Positions 46,030-58,663 of a stretch of 64,000 bases of DNA are shown in pieces; the first letter of the stretch is position 1, and every line of letters starts with the position of its first letter. The translations under genes and the position numbers were made by a program. The notes below the pieces were generated by a model. That model made no database searches. It saw only the letters and a list, made by a program, of their open reading frames with translations, and was not told the DNA's origin. Source of the stretch: Lytechinus pictus (taxonomy: Eukaryota); contig NC_087246.1 of assembly GCF_037042905.1 (NCBI RefSeq), positions 51,522,001 through 51,586,000 of the forward strand. The letters are read 5' to 3'.

Positions 46030-49000
46030 CTACATCATAGATGAAGACTGCGTTTGCATGGCTTCTTGCTGCGCTTCTGATGTCTTGGGTTGTTCTACAC
46101 TGCCACCCATGTCGTAGATCTGCGTTTGATGTATGGCGGAGGCATGCTTCATCAATTCCCAAGGGGTGATGGCTTCATGCTGGCAGAATACACATACCCA
46201 ACTTCCAGGTTCTGAAAATGAAAAAAAAATTATCTTCTGAAATTTAACTGAGTGTGATATAACCCTTCAGACCTCCAGTTGTCACACAGACAACATTGTG
46301 TCACAAAATGATACAAGAACGGCATATCATTGTTATCATGATAAGGTATATTTTAACCCCCATCCCCTATCATGAGATAGTACCAATGCGATTAAATTTG
46401 GTAAAGTTATCAATCAATACCAAAATATGTTCCTTGGATGAAAACCAAGCTGTACATTCCTGTGAGAAATTAATAATAAAATATGCAAGAGATACAGCTG
46501 CAAAACACTTTCAAACAGTGCATTGAATACAGAGGTAATCTCGTCTACAGTAGACCCGTGAAAGATGTTTGTCATGTTTCCTAGAATTTGAGTGGGCAGT
46601 AGCAATAAAAGAAGCTGAATAGACTGTCATTGGAACAGCAATGTCCATTACACTTGCCCACTCACACGTAAGAACAATGAGAATAACGCTGCAGCCGATC
46701 ATCGGCTCACGGACCGCTCTCTAGTATCACGCTGGTCTATGGCTCTTCTATGCTGCTGACTGCTATGGGGACGTCGACTGAAATCAAAACTGTTTCGATC
46801 AATGAACGAACGCGATACTGAACGTGAAAAGTGATAACTTCCGGTCAACTAGTACCAAGTGCACGTCATAGACAATCGAAAACTTGTTAATGTAATAGCT
46901 TGTGCAGGTCTCGAGTTGGGTTTCGCCTAAGTGACTGTCTCATTCATGTCTATGTGACAAGAGCAATACAAAGTAACGTGGTTGTCTTACAAACGATCAA
47001 CATCATGAAACCTTAGGCACCTTGTCAAAAGTCAGAGCCAAGTCTTCCCTGCAGGAATCCTGAAAGTGGCTTATTACTACAAATCCTCACATTTTATTAG
47101 GCCCTACATTTTATCATAACAAAACAACGGGAAATGCAGGAAAGCTTCCATGAAAGGACGCATAGCACCTTCATAGCAGATCTTCTGCCTAAAGACATGG
47201 CAAAGACTTTTGACAAGCTGCCTTATGAACACATTTTTTCTTACCATCACCACTCTTGGTTAGTCTATTCCTCTTCTTCATTGTCACCCCTTTAGCTGGA
47301 ATGGTGGGCAGTGAGGAGGGATCAACATACGCTCTGTCAAAGACAATCAAACATAAAAACTAACATTTTGTGATGGAATTCAAGTCACTGCATTCAAACA
47401 CTACCATGCCAGTCATGGCTTAGGAGGAGGGGATGCCTGCCATTACACTGTAGATCAATGATTATTCAATACAAATCAAGTGCATTGCATTGAATAAGCC
47501 AGGGGGCCGTTTCATAAAGCTGTTTGTAAGTTAAGAGCAACTTTAAGAACGACTGGTGATCCCTTCTTGTAGTAAATGGTATATTGATTGGCGATGGTTT
47601 AGAACGTAAGAAAGGATCACCAGTCGTTCTTAAAGTCCCTCTTAACTTACGAACAGCTTTATGAAACGGCCCCCAGTTATCATTAAAGATTTTCAGAGAT
47701 GCCAACTTTTGGAAATCAGAATTAGGGAGGATTTGCAACCGACACCAAATTATGTGCGCGTAGCGGACATCTCGAGCGCGGAGCGCTCGACCCTTGCGGC
47801 CTGGGTCCAGGGCCCGCCTTAGGGCCCTGGAAGCTCTGGGTTTCTAGATGCTCTCTGGTGCAATCTGACCCTTATTTTGGAGCATTTCACATGTTTTTAT
47901 AAAAACATTGTTCCCACTTTTTTAACATAAAAATTAAAGAAAATATCAGATATGCATTTTTACATGTAAAAAAAATGAGGGGACAATAGAAGGAAAGTAC
48001 CTGTTCAACAATAATAATAATGAGGAATTATCCTCTTTATTATTATCAAAGCGCGGGTAACGTCTTCCTCCTCGCTGGTCCCTTGCTTGGTGAAATAAGT
48101 CAACAGGGTACCGTAGGTAACAGTGTATTAACCGCACCTTTTTCTCGGCGGGACAGAATCAAAAGTCGGGGGTGCGGTTTATACACGGTGACAGGTCTGA
48201 GCCAAGCCAATCTCAGCCTGATACCACTACCAGTTTTCAACTCGCGTCGGGTGGCCGAGCGTAGCCGCTTGGGGCAATCCCGTTTAGAGGGGTATGAGCC
48301 GCGGGTATAAAAGGGAAGCAACTATGACTACCGGTATCTGCCGTAAATGTCCCTCAAAGTTATATCACGGTAACAAACGCACCTACCTTCATGAAACTGA
48401 CTATTTTTAATGGTGTGACTCTGTCTTTGTTGTCATTTTTTAGTCATCGAGGCAAAGTTCAGACGCCAATCGATTGCACAGCGCGGTGCAGCTAGCCGAA
48501 TAAGACATGCATGTGTAATGTTTATCGCAACGTCAACGTAAGCTGGCGCTTTACCTTTCCGTGGAAGTTATTTTGTTTGACAAATTATTGGTATTATTTG
48601 ACAATTAATCATCCATCATCTCAAAATCAATCTTCAATCCCCATCTTCACTCCTTCCGACTTTTATTTTTAATTATTATTCACTTTATTCCCGCCCAGAG
48701 CTCCCATTGAAAATACGGTATACCGGTACTAGCATTTTTTTTCCTATTTTGCTGTCTGTAAGATACCGCCACACACGTACTGAGAACTACCGGTAGTGGT
48801 TCAAAGCAGACAAGAAAAACACCTGAACAAAATCGCAAATTTCTCGTATCTTGAACCTTCCCGTATTCCCTTGTCTAAAATTCATGTCAAGACATTGAAT
48901 GCTAGACAGCATTCTGAAAGCAAAAGTGGGGCTGTGATGCAGGAAATATGATATGAACGATCTTCTCGTATGGGTGAGCCCCCATGTTGATGCTGGTATC

Positions 49001-52000
49001 GGTACTTGCAATGAACACCGGTACCATATGTGTGTGTGTGAGGTGACTCGGAGTGTGGAAGTGGCCAATAATATCGGCAACTTGCAGATAAGTGACGAAG
49101 CGCTGATTTCCCATCATTTTTTACTAGTAATTCTTCGATATTTTTTGGTTCTTGACTCTTTCTTAAATACGCATATTAGAGATAGAAAGTAAGTTTGATT
49201 AAATTATTTTTTTTTTGATTTTTTTTTTTTTTTTAATGATTTTTTTTTTTTTTTTTTTTCCATCCGAAAATGGGGGTGCGGTTAATACACGGGTGCGGTT
49301 AATACACCGTTACTTACGGTACTAGTGGAGCTCGAAGATCTCGTCTTCGCAATGTCCGTAAATATGCCGTTTGCTCCCTACGTCAGTACGTGCTTCCGAA
49401 TATCATCACGACCTCCTTGCTCAACTGAAATGTCTACGCTGCAAATTGTGCAAAATGCATGGTAAATTCCTCTTTCCGACTTCCGAATACACGGGTACTG
49501 GAGACTGTATTCAGTCTTATACTTCTGAGACCATTTCTTGGTCTTCTTTTTTGATTTTCCGCCATTTCGTGTCAATATCAACCCATCAATACGCCGAAAT
49601 CACACACCGATATTCCACCGCATGACTCGACAAATCCAGGGCCGCGAGCGCACACGCCTCGCGAAGCTAGCCGGGCCTACCGGCCTGGTGCACAGTGGAT
49701 TCCTGTTGGGCATATCACATGCACCAGCTTTTCGCTGCTCCATATTTGTCTGCCTTTCACACAGAATTTAGTAGCAGCGAACGTAATGGAGTTACTACAT
49801 GCTAAAGTTAGCAGACGATACATGTACTTCCAATCCAATTTGATCAATGCAAAAAAATCGTAATTTCGGGAGGATAAGGATGGTAATCGTAAGGGCGGGA
49901 GTTGGGATGAATTTTCGGGAGCCTCCCGATTAAATCGGGAGGGTTGGCATCTCTGGATTTTGTGCACAGGGCAAATTTAAGTCCAGCTCACGGGTTATGT
50001 AAAGGTGTTTCAAATGTGTATTTGTTTGTATCAGGAGCAAATAAACACAACTTGATTTAGATCCACTCATTTTACTGTTATGATGATGAACAGCATTTGT
50101 ATAGTGCCATTTATGTATACAAAAAACATTCAATGACGCCAGCTCCCCAATATGTCACACTTTATTCACACAGTCGCTAGAAAAGATGGGTCTTTAGTTC
50201 AGATTTGAAGGTCTCAATGTTGTCACAATCACAAAGTTGGATTGGTAGAGAATTCCAAAGACGAGGAGCAACTGATGATAAAAACTCTACCTCTGTGTGT
50301 TTTCAGCGGGTACCTGGGCACTTGAAGAAGTCCAGCAGGAAGAAGTCTTGGCCACAGCTGAACTACGCTGATTAGTCCAGTTACATAGCTAGAGGCCATG
50401 TTAAGTAGAGCTTATAAGCTTCTACTTCTACTTCATTTGAAACAAACAATTTTCAGTTGGACTTCTGAATGAAAATACACTGTGTTTAATGTAATAGGTA
50501 AAAAAGAAGGAATACTTACACATAACCACAATCATGGTTAACTTTTTTGAAGCCTCTTGGTCTGTTTAAGTCAGGATCACTTGCCAAGTATAAATCTAAT
50601 GATATTAAAGAAAGAACAAAAACAAACATTTATAGAAAAAGAAGTGATCGTAATGGGCAGGGGTGTAGACAGAGCGGGGCCCCGTCTTACAAAGAGTTGC
50701 GATTTATCTGATCAATCGAAACTATGGAAAGCCAGCAACATCAACATACATTTATTCATGTTTATTCAAAATATATTCTAATTATGATATATATTCATGC
50801 ATTCATTGTTTTCTTGAAAATTTGCTGTGCTTCTCTGTTTACAAAAACACATTGTGCAAATTTCCTGTAGAAAAAATTATGACATTGATAAATTTCAATA
50901 AAGTTACGATGATTGGATCAATCGTAACTCTCTGTAAGACGGGGCCCAGGAATAATCCCAAACTTCTGAAGTAGTCTGCTGTGCAAACCTTTCACCCGAG
51001 TTAATAGGTACGAATGCGCAGCCTCAATGACTTGTGCATAGAAGGCCCTCTCGATGAAATTGAAACAGCAAGTTTTATATCTTTCGTGCTAGTCTTGTGT
51101 GAAGACCCATTTGTTGATCAAAGTTTCAAACAGGGTCTGTGCCTGCAGACTACTTCTGAAGTGTGTGGAACCGACATGTAGAAAGACATCATGCTTACCA
51201 TCATAAAAAGTCTATGGCCCGTTTCATGAAGGACTTGCAACTGTTGTAACTTTGCCATTATGGCAACTACCATGGTAACCTTGATTCTGATTGGCTGCTG
51301 AGCCCTATTACCATGGTAGTTGCCATAATGGCAAAGTTACAACAGTTGCAAGTCCTTTATGAAACGGGGCCCCTGGTCTATTCTTCTATAACACAAAGAT
51401 TCATAATCGGTTGCAAAACATTAATGGCCTATCAAGATAATCCTTGCTTATGTACATTTTCTTCAGACAACTGACCTAGTTATCAAGCAAAGACACTTCT
51501 CTATTTGCAATTGATCGCAAACCTTTGTTTTACTGGGGAAAGGTAGTAATGATGTACATGTAGATAATAGTGTTGTAGACTGTAGATTCACTACATTGCA
51601 CTGTAGTCTGTAAACTTCGGCACATATACAATGTGCAAAGATGAGAAGATTACTAATATAAAATGTGTTATCCTTCAGACATCAGTATTTTTGCCTGAAA
51701 TATTGATAAACAATCTGAATTATTAGAAAAATGTCAATGTAGTCCAATTGTATAACAAATATGAATTCATAAGGGTTACTCTGAAAAGCGACTACGGTAT
51801 AAAAAGAGATTTCTGCTCAGGAACCGAAATCTTGATGGTCACTGACTTATTTCTATAAATGGTGTGTTATTTGCAAAGAACCAAGAAATTGAAAGATGTA
51901 AATTTTCACAAAATTAAATGAGAAATTATCCAATATGTACTTGTGTAGGATGTTTCATTTTTAATTTCTTGTGAAAATTGCTCCCATGAACGTAAAATAT

Positions 52001-53595
52001 GTGCTTGTACCAAATATTTATCATCAACTTATAATAGCCTAATATTCCTACTATTCCTATTATTCTGAACCAAAACCCGTCAAGGCTCTAACCTTAACAT
52101 TTTTGAAAGAGAAATAAGAAAGGAGTAAATAAAGCAATTGGACCAATATATTTTAAACCCTAACACTGAACAAACATACATGTAGGCAGATTGAATAACT
52201 TCAATGAAGACACAGAATCTGAGGTGTGTATAAATTGTATAACTTCAATGAAGACACAGAATCTTAGGTGTGTATATAAAATATGGAAGTTTCTATAACA
52301 GTGGTCTCATTGTCCTCCTTGAAAATCATGACAGGCCTAGGCCAGATCCACAGGTAAGTACATGTACATGAAGATCGAAGATGCATTGCTAATGGAATTG
52401 ACAACCAATCAGCATGATACTACCGGTAGTCTGTGTTAATTCACTAAGGCCCGTATTCTGAAGTCAGGTTTAACTAAGACCATGGATTAACTCTGTGCTA
52501 AAATTATGGGAAGCCAAAAGTGTCAAAATTTGTATTAAGTTGTTTGTTTCTTATGTTAACTGTGCTATTTTCTGATTCATCGATGGTGAAGACAATCATC
52601 TATTTATAATTACTAGACAATTATGAATGATTTGAGAGCCAAATGAGCTGAAATATATCTCTACTGTTAGTGATCTATGTAAAAATTGGCTATACATACA
52701 CTTAAACCACTACTTTAAACCTGAGTTTAAGTTAAACCCAACTTCAGAATACAGGACTACGGGTCTAACAGTCTGTAACAAGAGCTGTTTGAGCAACCCG
52801 TGGAGCTGAATACTTCATAAGTTGCTGCGCAAAAACCTGCATATCATCGCTGGGGTGTTCAATCCTTGCATCTCAAATTCAAAAATTTGAGGAAAGCTCA
52901 GAAAAACCTTGTTTTTGGAATCAGAACATAAGTAGGAACCTTCTTTTGCCTAGAAAGAGATTTCTACAGGAATTAGGAAACGGTTATGAGATGACATGAG
53001 GTTGCCAACAATGCCATAATTCTAAAAAAAGAAGCTTTTTCTGAGCAGTCCTGGCAATGCATTATTCCATAGTCTCACCTAGCGGTTGACTCTTGATGAG
53101 TTTTCCCTGTTCCCCTCTCATGGCATTCTTAGCTTGTTCAGCCGTTTCAAACTGCACAAACCCAAATCCGCTGTGGATGGAGATGGCCCTGATACGTCCG
53201 TATTTCATGAATGTCTCCATCAAGAGCTCCATGATGTTCTTCCGGTCCTCCTTCCTGGTGTACGTGTTCAGGTTGCCGACAAAGACGCGGGCCGCCTTGG
53301 CCGAAGGCGACATGTCGTTGGTGTAGTTGCTCACCGCCGGATACTTGCTCATGAAGCTGTTCATGGCTGCTCCGCTCATTCCCTGGTGGCCTCCCATGCC
53401 TTGCATGTTACCCATGCCCATCCCCATCCCCTGCATGCCCATACCCAAACCCATCCCCATGCCCATATTCCCCATGCTCCCCATGTTTCCCATATTCATT
53501 CCCATGCCATGGGGACCACCGTGGGGTCCGCCGTGGTGGTGGGGCTGATGACCATGGTGGCCGTAGCCGGGCCCAGAGCCATAGTTGCGGTGCAT
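46030..53595 (-). CDS. hnRNP C/RALY-like RRM protein with N-terminal Gly/His/Met low-complexity region and C-terminal C2H2 zinc finger, 4 coding exons, 287 aa
   Basis: Exons 53079-53595 (acceptor at 53621-53622), 50520-50595, 47245-47333 and 46030-46211; all GT-AG, phases 1/2/1, 864 nt. RRM: SNYTND.SP...ARVFVGNLNT...FMKYGRI..ISIHSGFGFVQF......A..A..GE.G..I..QPLDLYLASDP, matching the hnRNP C RRM pattern. Last exon EPGSWVCVFCQHEAITPWELMKHASAIHQTQIY. Confidence 0.85.
47503..47673. mobile_element. Palindromic MITE (GGGGCCGTTTCATAAAG termini, CAG TSD); related element at 51216-51372
   Basis: Long inverted arms; CAG on both sides. Confidence 0.85.
47694..49955 (-). mobile_element. Non-autonomous hAT-like (Blackjack-like) element with remnant of the transposase N-terminal zinc finger; 6-bp TSD
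   Basis: TIR CAGAGATGCCAAC / GTTGGCATCTCTG, GATTTT on both flanks. ORF 49378-49581 reads KYKTEY..QYPCIRKS.....HAFCTICSVDISVEQGGRDDIRKH. Confidence 0.75.
48111..49319. mobile_element. Tc1/mariner-pogo-like non-autonomous element nested in the hAT-like element
   Basis: TA-CCGTAGGTAACAGTGTATTAACCGCACC ... GGTGCGGTTAATACACCGTTACTTACGG-TA (TA TSD). Confidence 0.8.
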
Positions 53596-54637
53596 CGCTG
53601 AGAGAGGTTGGTCTCTTGAGCTGCAGACAGAAAAAAAATTTACATCCTTGATATAAGTCATACATATATCATGTGAGAGGTATATTGAAAATCCCAAAGC
53701 AACATCGACACCCAATTAATCAATTTGAACGTACTAAAAAATATACTTGAAGGGATAGAGCCTCGTCGATCTGGCGCTGCACAGCGGCAGCCGGGCCCAC
53801 GATCAATTGGGCAAAGCAAATTTTCGGAGTATTTCATTTCATGTCTATTTCGAACAATAAAATATGGATTTTCATTTTTTTATAAGGCAGTGATTTTTCT
53901 AGTTGTCTTTCCTGCGTTTAAGATTATAAGGAGGATATTTCTAGAGACAGTCAAGCAGTCTGCTCCTCTAAGTATACACAACTGTGCATCACCTTTGTCC
54001 ACATATGTCGAGTTTCATAAAGAATTAGGAGAGACTATATTAAACAATGCTAATTCCACAGGTTCAGGAAAGAATCAATTGTTTTTTCACTTGACAATGA
54101 GAAAATTAGAATATTTCATATTTCATATAATAAAATACAAAATAGTGAGTGGAAGAAATCATCAGTCTTCACATTTGCATGTACCAATCAGGATGTGCAT
54201 ATAACTGTTTTGTGAAATAAAGCAAAACTTTAAAATGTAACAACTTTCTTATTTTACATCCGATTTCGATGAAATTTTCAGTGTTATACTTGTGGGATTT
54301 TTCTCTTTTTATTGAAAACAACTTTTGTTGGGGTGGACTTGTCCTTTAACAAGTTTCAAATTAGGAAAAAAGTAATGACATTGGCATTTCAAATCTAAAG
54401 AAAAGAGCAAAATTTTAACAAGAAAATCCTTACAAAGATATGCAGTTAGCAAAGAATGGTTTGCTAACATTATCCATTTTTTCTGATCATGTATGATGGT
54501 GATCGAAAAAAATTTGTTTGTCTGGAACATGGGGTGGTTTGTAAAGAAAAAAATAACATAACACGATAAATTTAATAAAACATGAGAGTTCAGAGACTAT
54601 AAGGAGAAAAATAAAATTTCTGGACATTCTGGTTTAA

Positions 54638-55220
54638 AGGGATGCTCCGGGCTGATAATATTCATATCTAAATAAGCAGAGTAAAATTCGCAAAGCAAAA
54701 TGCTGAAAATTTCATCAAAATAGGATTATATTATAACAAAGTTATTGAATTTTAAAGATTTCATTGTTCCGGTGAAACAGTTCTAGGCATGTCTTCATGA
54801 ATATTCATTAGGTGGGCAGATCATGTCAAATCCCCACTTTCCTTTTTCTAATGTTATTACATGAAATCATTTTTTTTTCTTTTTTTCTTGTGTAAAAGAT
54901 GTGTCTCCTTTATTATGAAATAAGTTACAGCAAGAAATAACTAATGCAATTAATCAGTTGTCAATCTAATTGCTTTAGTTCTTGGCAGAAAAAATTAAAT
55001 AAACCTAATTTCATATAAAATACAAAAGAACATGTGGAGATATGACATCATCAGCCCACCTAATGAACATTCATGAAGACATGCTAAGAACTGTTTTACT
55101 GGAATAATACAAATATTTAAAATTCAATAACTTTATTTGTTATCCAATTTTGATGAAATTTTTAGCTTTGTGAATTTTCTATTTAATTAGATATAAATAT
55201 TTTCAGCCCGGAACACCCCT
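54638..55220. mobile_element. Kolobok-like MITE with TTAA TSD
   Basis: TTAA-AGGGATGCTCCGGGCTGA ... TCAGCCCGGAACACCCCT-TTAA. Confidence 0.8.
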
Positions 55221-55248
55221 TTAAATCAGAAAAGTTGCATCCCTGCAT

Positions 55249-55923
55249 TACAAGTAGAACACCTCTGGAAGTCTCGCCTGCATTATCATTCATACAATAT
55301 AGCAGCAGTGCTGACTTTGAAAACTACTATAACATAATTATTCACAAAAAAACACAATTCATATAATGATACAATACTATGTTCATTGACAATGAAAGAC
55401 ATTTGACCTTGATCATGCGACCTAAGACTTGTCAGTGATACTTGATTACCCCTATATCCACATTTTATAAACTATATCTGTAAACTTTGAAAGTTATGAC
55501 AGCAATCTAATAATTACCTCCAAAATAGCCAAAGTTCATTGACCTTAAATGACCTTTGACTTTGGTCATGTGACCTGAAACTCGCATGAGATGTTCAGTG
55601 ATACTTGATTACTTTCATGTCCAAGTTTTATGAATCAGATCCATGAACATTCAAAGTTATGATGGTAATTCAACAAATACCCCCAACATGGCCAAAGTTC
55701 ATTGACCTTTGACCTTGGTCATGTGACTTGAAACTCAGGCAGGATGTTCAGTAATACTTGATTAACCTTATGTCCAAGTTTTATGAACTAGGTCCATATA
55801 CTTTCTAACATATGCTGTCATTTAAAAACCTTAACCTTTGGTTAAGATTTGATGTTGATGCCGCCGTCACTGCCGTCGGAAAAGCGCCTATAGTCTCACT
55901 CTGCTATGCAGGTGAGACAAAAA
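55249..55923 (-). mobile_element. HINE-like element, older copy 3; a further fragment at ~56830-57978 is interrupted by a Kolobok-like MITE
   Basis: Same termini (ACAAGT..., ATGCAGGTGAGACAAAA) and the same TGACCTTTGACCTTG units as 16191-17144. Confidence 0.75.
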
Positions 55924-58101
55924 CCCTATTATTTAGTTGAGGTAATATGCACAATCAGGGTGGGCAACTGTGTTTTTCAAACTTAACTCCTTATATCTTT
56001 CTAAGTGATACATATATTTCTTTGAAATTTTGTACATTAATTACCTATAACTGGTTAATCAACCCCTACAAATTTAATGAGAAATAGATAATGACAAGTA
56101 TGGCAAGTTCCCCCAAGTCTGCGCAGTCCCCCTTGTCTGCGCACACGCGTATTTGCGCGATTCTAGTAGAAGAAGATACGCAACGAACACAGACTTTACA
56201 CATGCAATACATAGACAGGTATTCATAAAAAAATCTGACTCAAAATGGTGGAAAAATAATGAAATTTGGGCATTTCATGTGACGGCCTCAAAATGCAGCC
56301 TTTCTCATCAAAATCCCCGAATCGTGTGCAAAGTGAATGAGCGCGCAGACATGGGGTACCATTTTTTTTTTCAATCTGAAAATGACTGCCCGAGGTTTTT
56401 TCAAGAAAATCCTATATTTTCTTTCATTTTTCAATGAGAAATTTGGTACACTTACTCATGATAATATAAGGAACCTTATTAACTGAAAGATTTTGTGAAA
56501 TAAGAAGAAATTCATGTGAAATCTTAACTCAAATTGTTAGGTGCGCAGACTTGGGGCCCACCATCATACTAATTAATAGTAATTACCGGTACCCAAATTG
56601 CTGAAAAATAGCATGTAACACATGATATTTTTTTCACATAAAAAGTGATTGAAAAGTTAATTTTTAAGTCTTAAATTCAAAACTACCCCTATGAGTTGTA
56701 TTTCTTCAGATTGCATTTTTTGATAGGCAATCCAATGATGCTAAAAACTAGGAATAAAAAAAAAGTAATTTTCAGATATTTTCAAAATATTAATTGTCAG
56801 TTGCACACCGATTGTTCTATTGACCTTGATAATAAAATACTAAGTTCATTGATCCTACATAACCTTTGACCTTGATCCCTTGACCTGAAACTTGCACAAA
56901 TGATCAGTGATACTTGATCACCCTTATGTCCATATTTCATGAACTAGATCCATCTACTTCAAAGTTATGACATTTAAAATCTTATCCTTGGTTAAGAATC
57001 AATGTTGATACCACAAGGTCAAAGTTCATTGACCCTAAATGACTGCTGACCTTGATCATGTGACCTGCAACTAATGCCAGATGATAGATACTTGATTGCC
57101 CTTATGTACAAGTTTTATGATGACAATACAAAAACATAACATTGGTTCAGGTTTTCTTGATTTCCCCAACATGGTCTAGGTTCATTTATCTTAAAGGACA
57201 AGTCCACCCCAGAAAAATGTTGATTTGAATAGAGAAAACTCAAACTAGCATAACACTGAAAATTTCATCGAAATCGGCTGTAAAATGAGAAAGTTATGGT
57301 ATTTTAAAGTTTCGCTAATTTTCACAAAACAGTGATATGCACAACTCAGTGATGATTTCCATCACTCACTATTTCTTTTGTTTTTTTATTGTTTTAATCA
57401 TACAATATTTCATTTTTTACAGATTTGACAATGAGGACAAACTTGACTAAACCATATAGTCAAACAATGCCAATTCCACATGTTCAGGGAGGAATTAATC
57501 ATTGTTTCACTTGACAATGAGAAAATTAGAATATTTCATATATCATTTATACAAAATAGTGAGTGGATGACGTCTTCAGTCTCCTCAGTTGCATACCGAC
57601 CAGGATGTGCATATAACTGTTTTGTGAAATGAAGTGAAACTTTAAAATGTCATAAGTTTCTTATTTTACATCCGATTTTGATGAAATTTTCAGTGTTATG
57701 CTTGTTGGATTTTTCTCTTTTTATTCAAACCAACTTTTTGTTGGGGTGGACTTGTCCTTTAAATGACCACTGACCTTGGTCATGTGACCTGAAACTCGTG
57801 CAAGATTATCAGTAATACCTGATTATCCTTATGTCCAAGTTTCATGAAATAGGTCCACATACTTTTCAAGTTATGATGGCATTTCAAAAACTTAACCTTG
57901 GTGATGATGCTGCCGCTGCTGCTGCCGCTGTCAGAAAAATGGCGCCTATAGCACTCTGCTAGATGCAGGCGAGACAAAGTGAAATTGATAAGATTCACAA
58001 GGCTACATGTTTAAAGGTTACAAAAGATGATTACTGGGCAATGTGGTATGCGCTTGTAATCCAAGCCCTACATAGGGAAGATATGAATTGATGCAGAGGT
58101 C

Positions 58102-58663
58102 CCGGGGGGGCCACTTCCATTGACGAGTGGATACCATGCGCGACCATGGGGTCTCGAAAAGCACCCTAAACACGTATTTTCCATATTCTGAAAATGCACC
58201 CCTTAACAAGTATTGGCCTGTAAAACCCTATCCTTAACAAGTATTGGAAACAAAACAATACTCTTGCCAATTATTCCCTGAATTGACCCCCTAAACAAGT
58301 ACAGCGATATTTTTGTTGTTATAATGGACGTCGGCGTTACCTTTACCTACATCATTGGGTTTAGTACAGCCCCACCTCCCACATCTCGCGCAAATCGTAC
58401 TCTAAACACGTAGTATTGACTCTTGGGGCAAAAAGTACATCCTTTATAAAACATTTTAGTCTTAATTTTTTACACCCTCGCAAATTTGACCCTAAACACG
58501 TAGCTTTCCTAGCAAAAATAGATACCCTTTTTTCATTATTTGAGTGTTTTTGACACCCTTATTACGTTACGTACGTAACGTGCCCCATCTTGAAAAAGCC
58601 ACCTTTTTAATATGTTTTTTGGGTCGCGCATGGTATCCTCTTGTCAATTTAAGTGGCCCCCCC
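58102..58663. mobile_element. MITE with CCGGGGGGGCCACTT termini
   Basis: GGGGGGGCCACTTCCATTGACGAGTGGATACCATGCGCGACC / GGTCGCGCATGGTATCCTCTTGTCAATTTAAGTGGCCCCCCC. Confidence 0.8.

Noticed and set aside
52196-52276. ~43-bp direct tandem duplication
   Set aside because: Simple two-copy slippage duplication in an intron, with no functional sign.
53086-53601. Plus-strand His/Pro-rich ORFs
   Set aside because: Antisense shadows of the GM/GH-rich RRM exon.
53062-53715. NCOA5 assignment for the RRM gene
   Set aside because: No anticodon-binding-like domain exons were found, and the RRM flanks (SN.TN, GNLNT, LD..LA..P) fit hnRNP C/RALY better.
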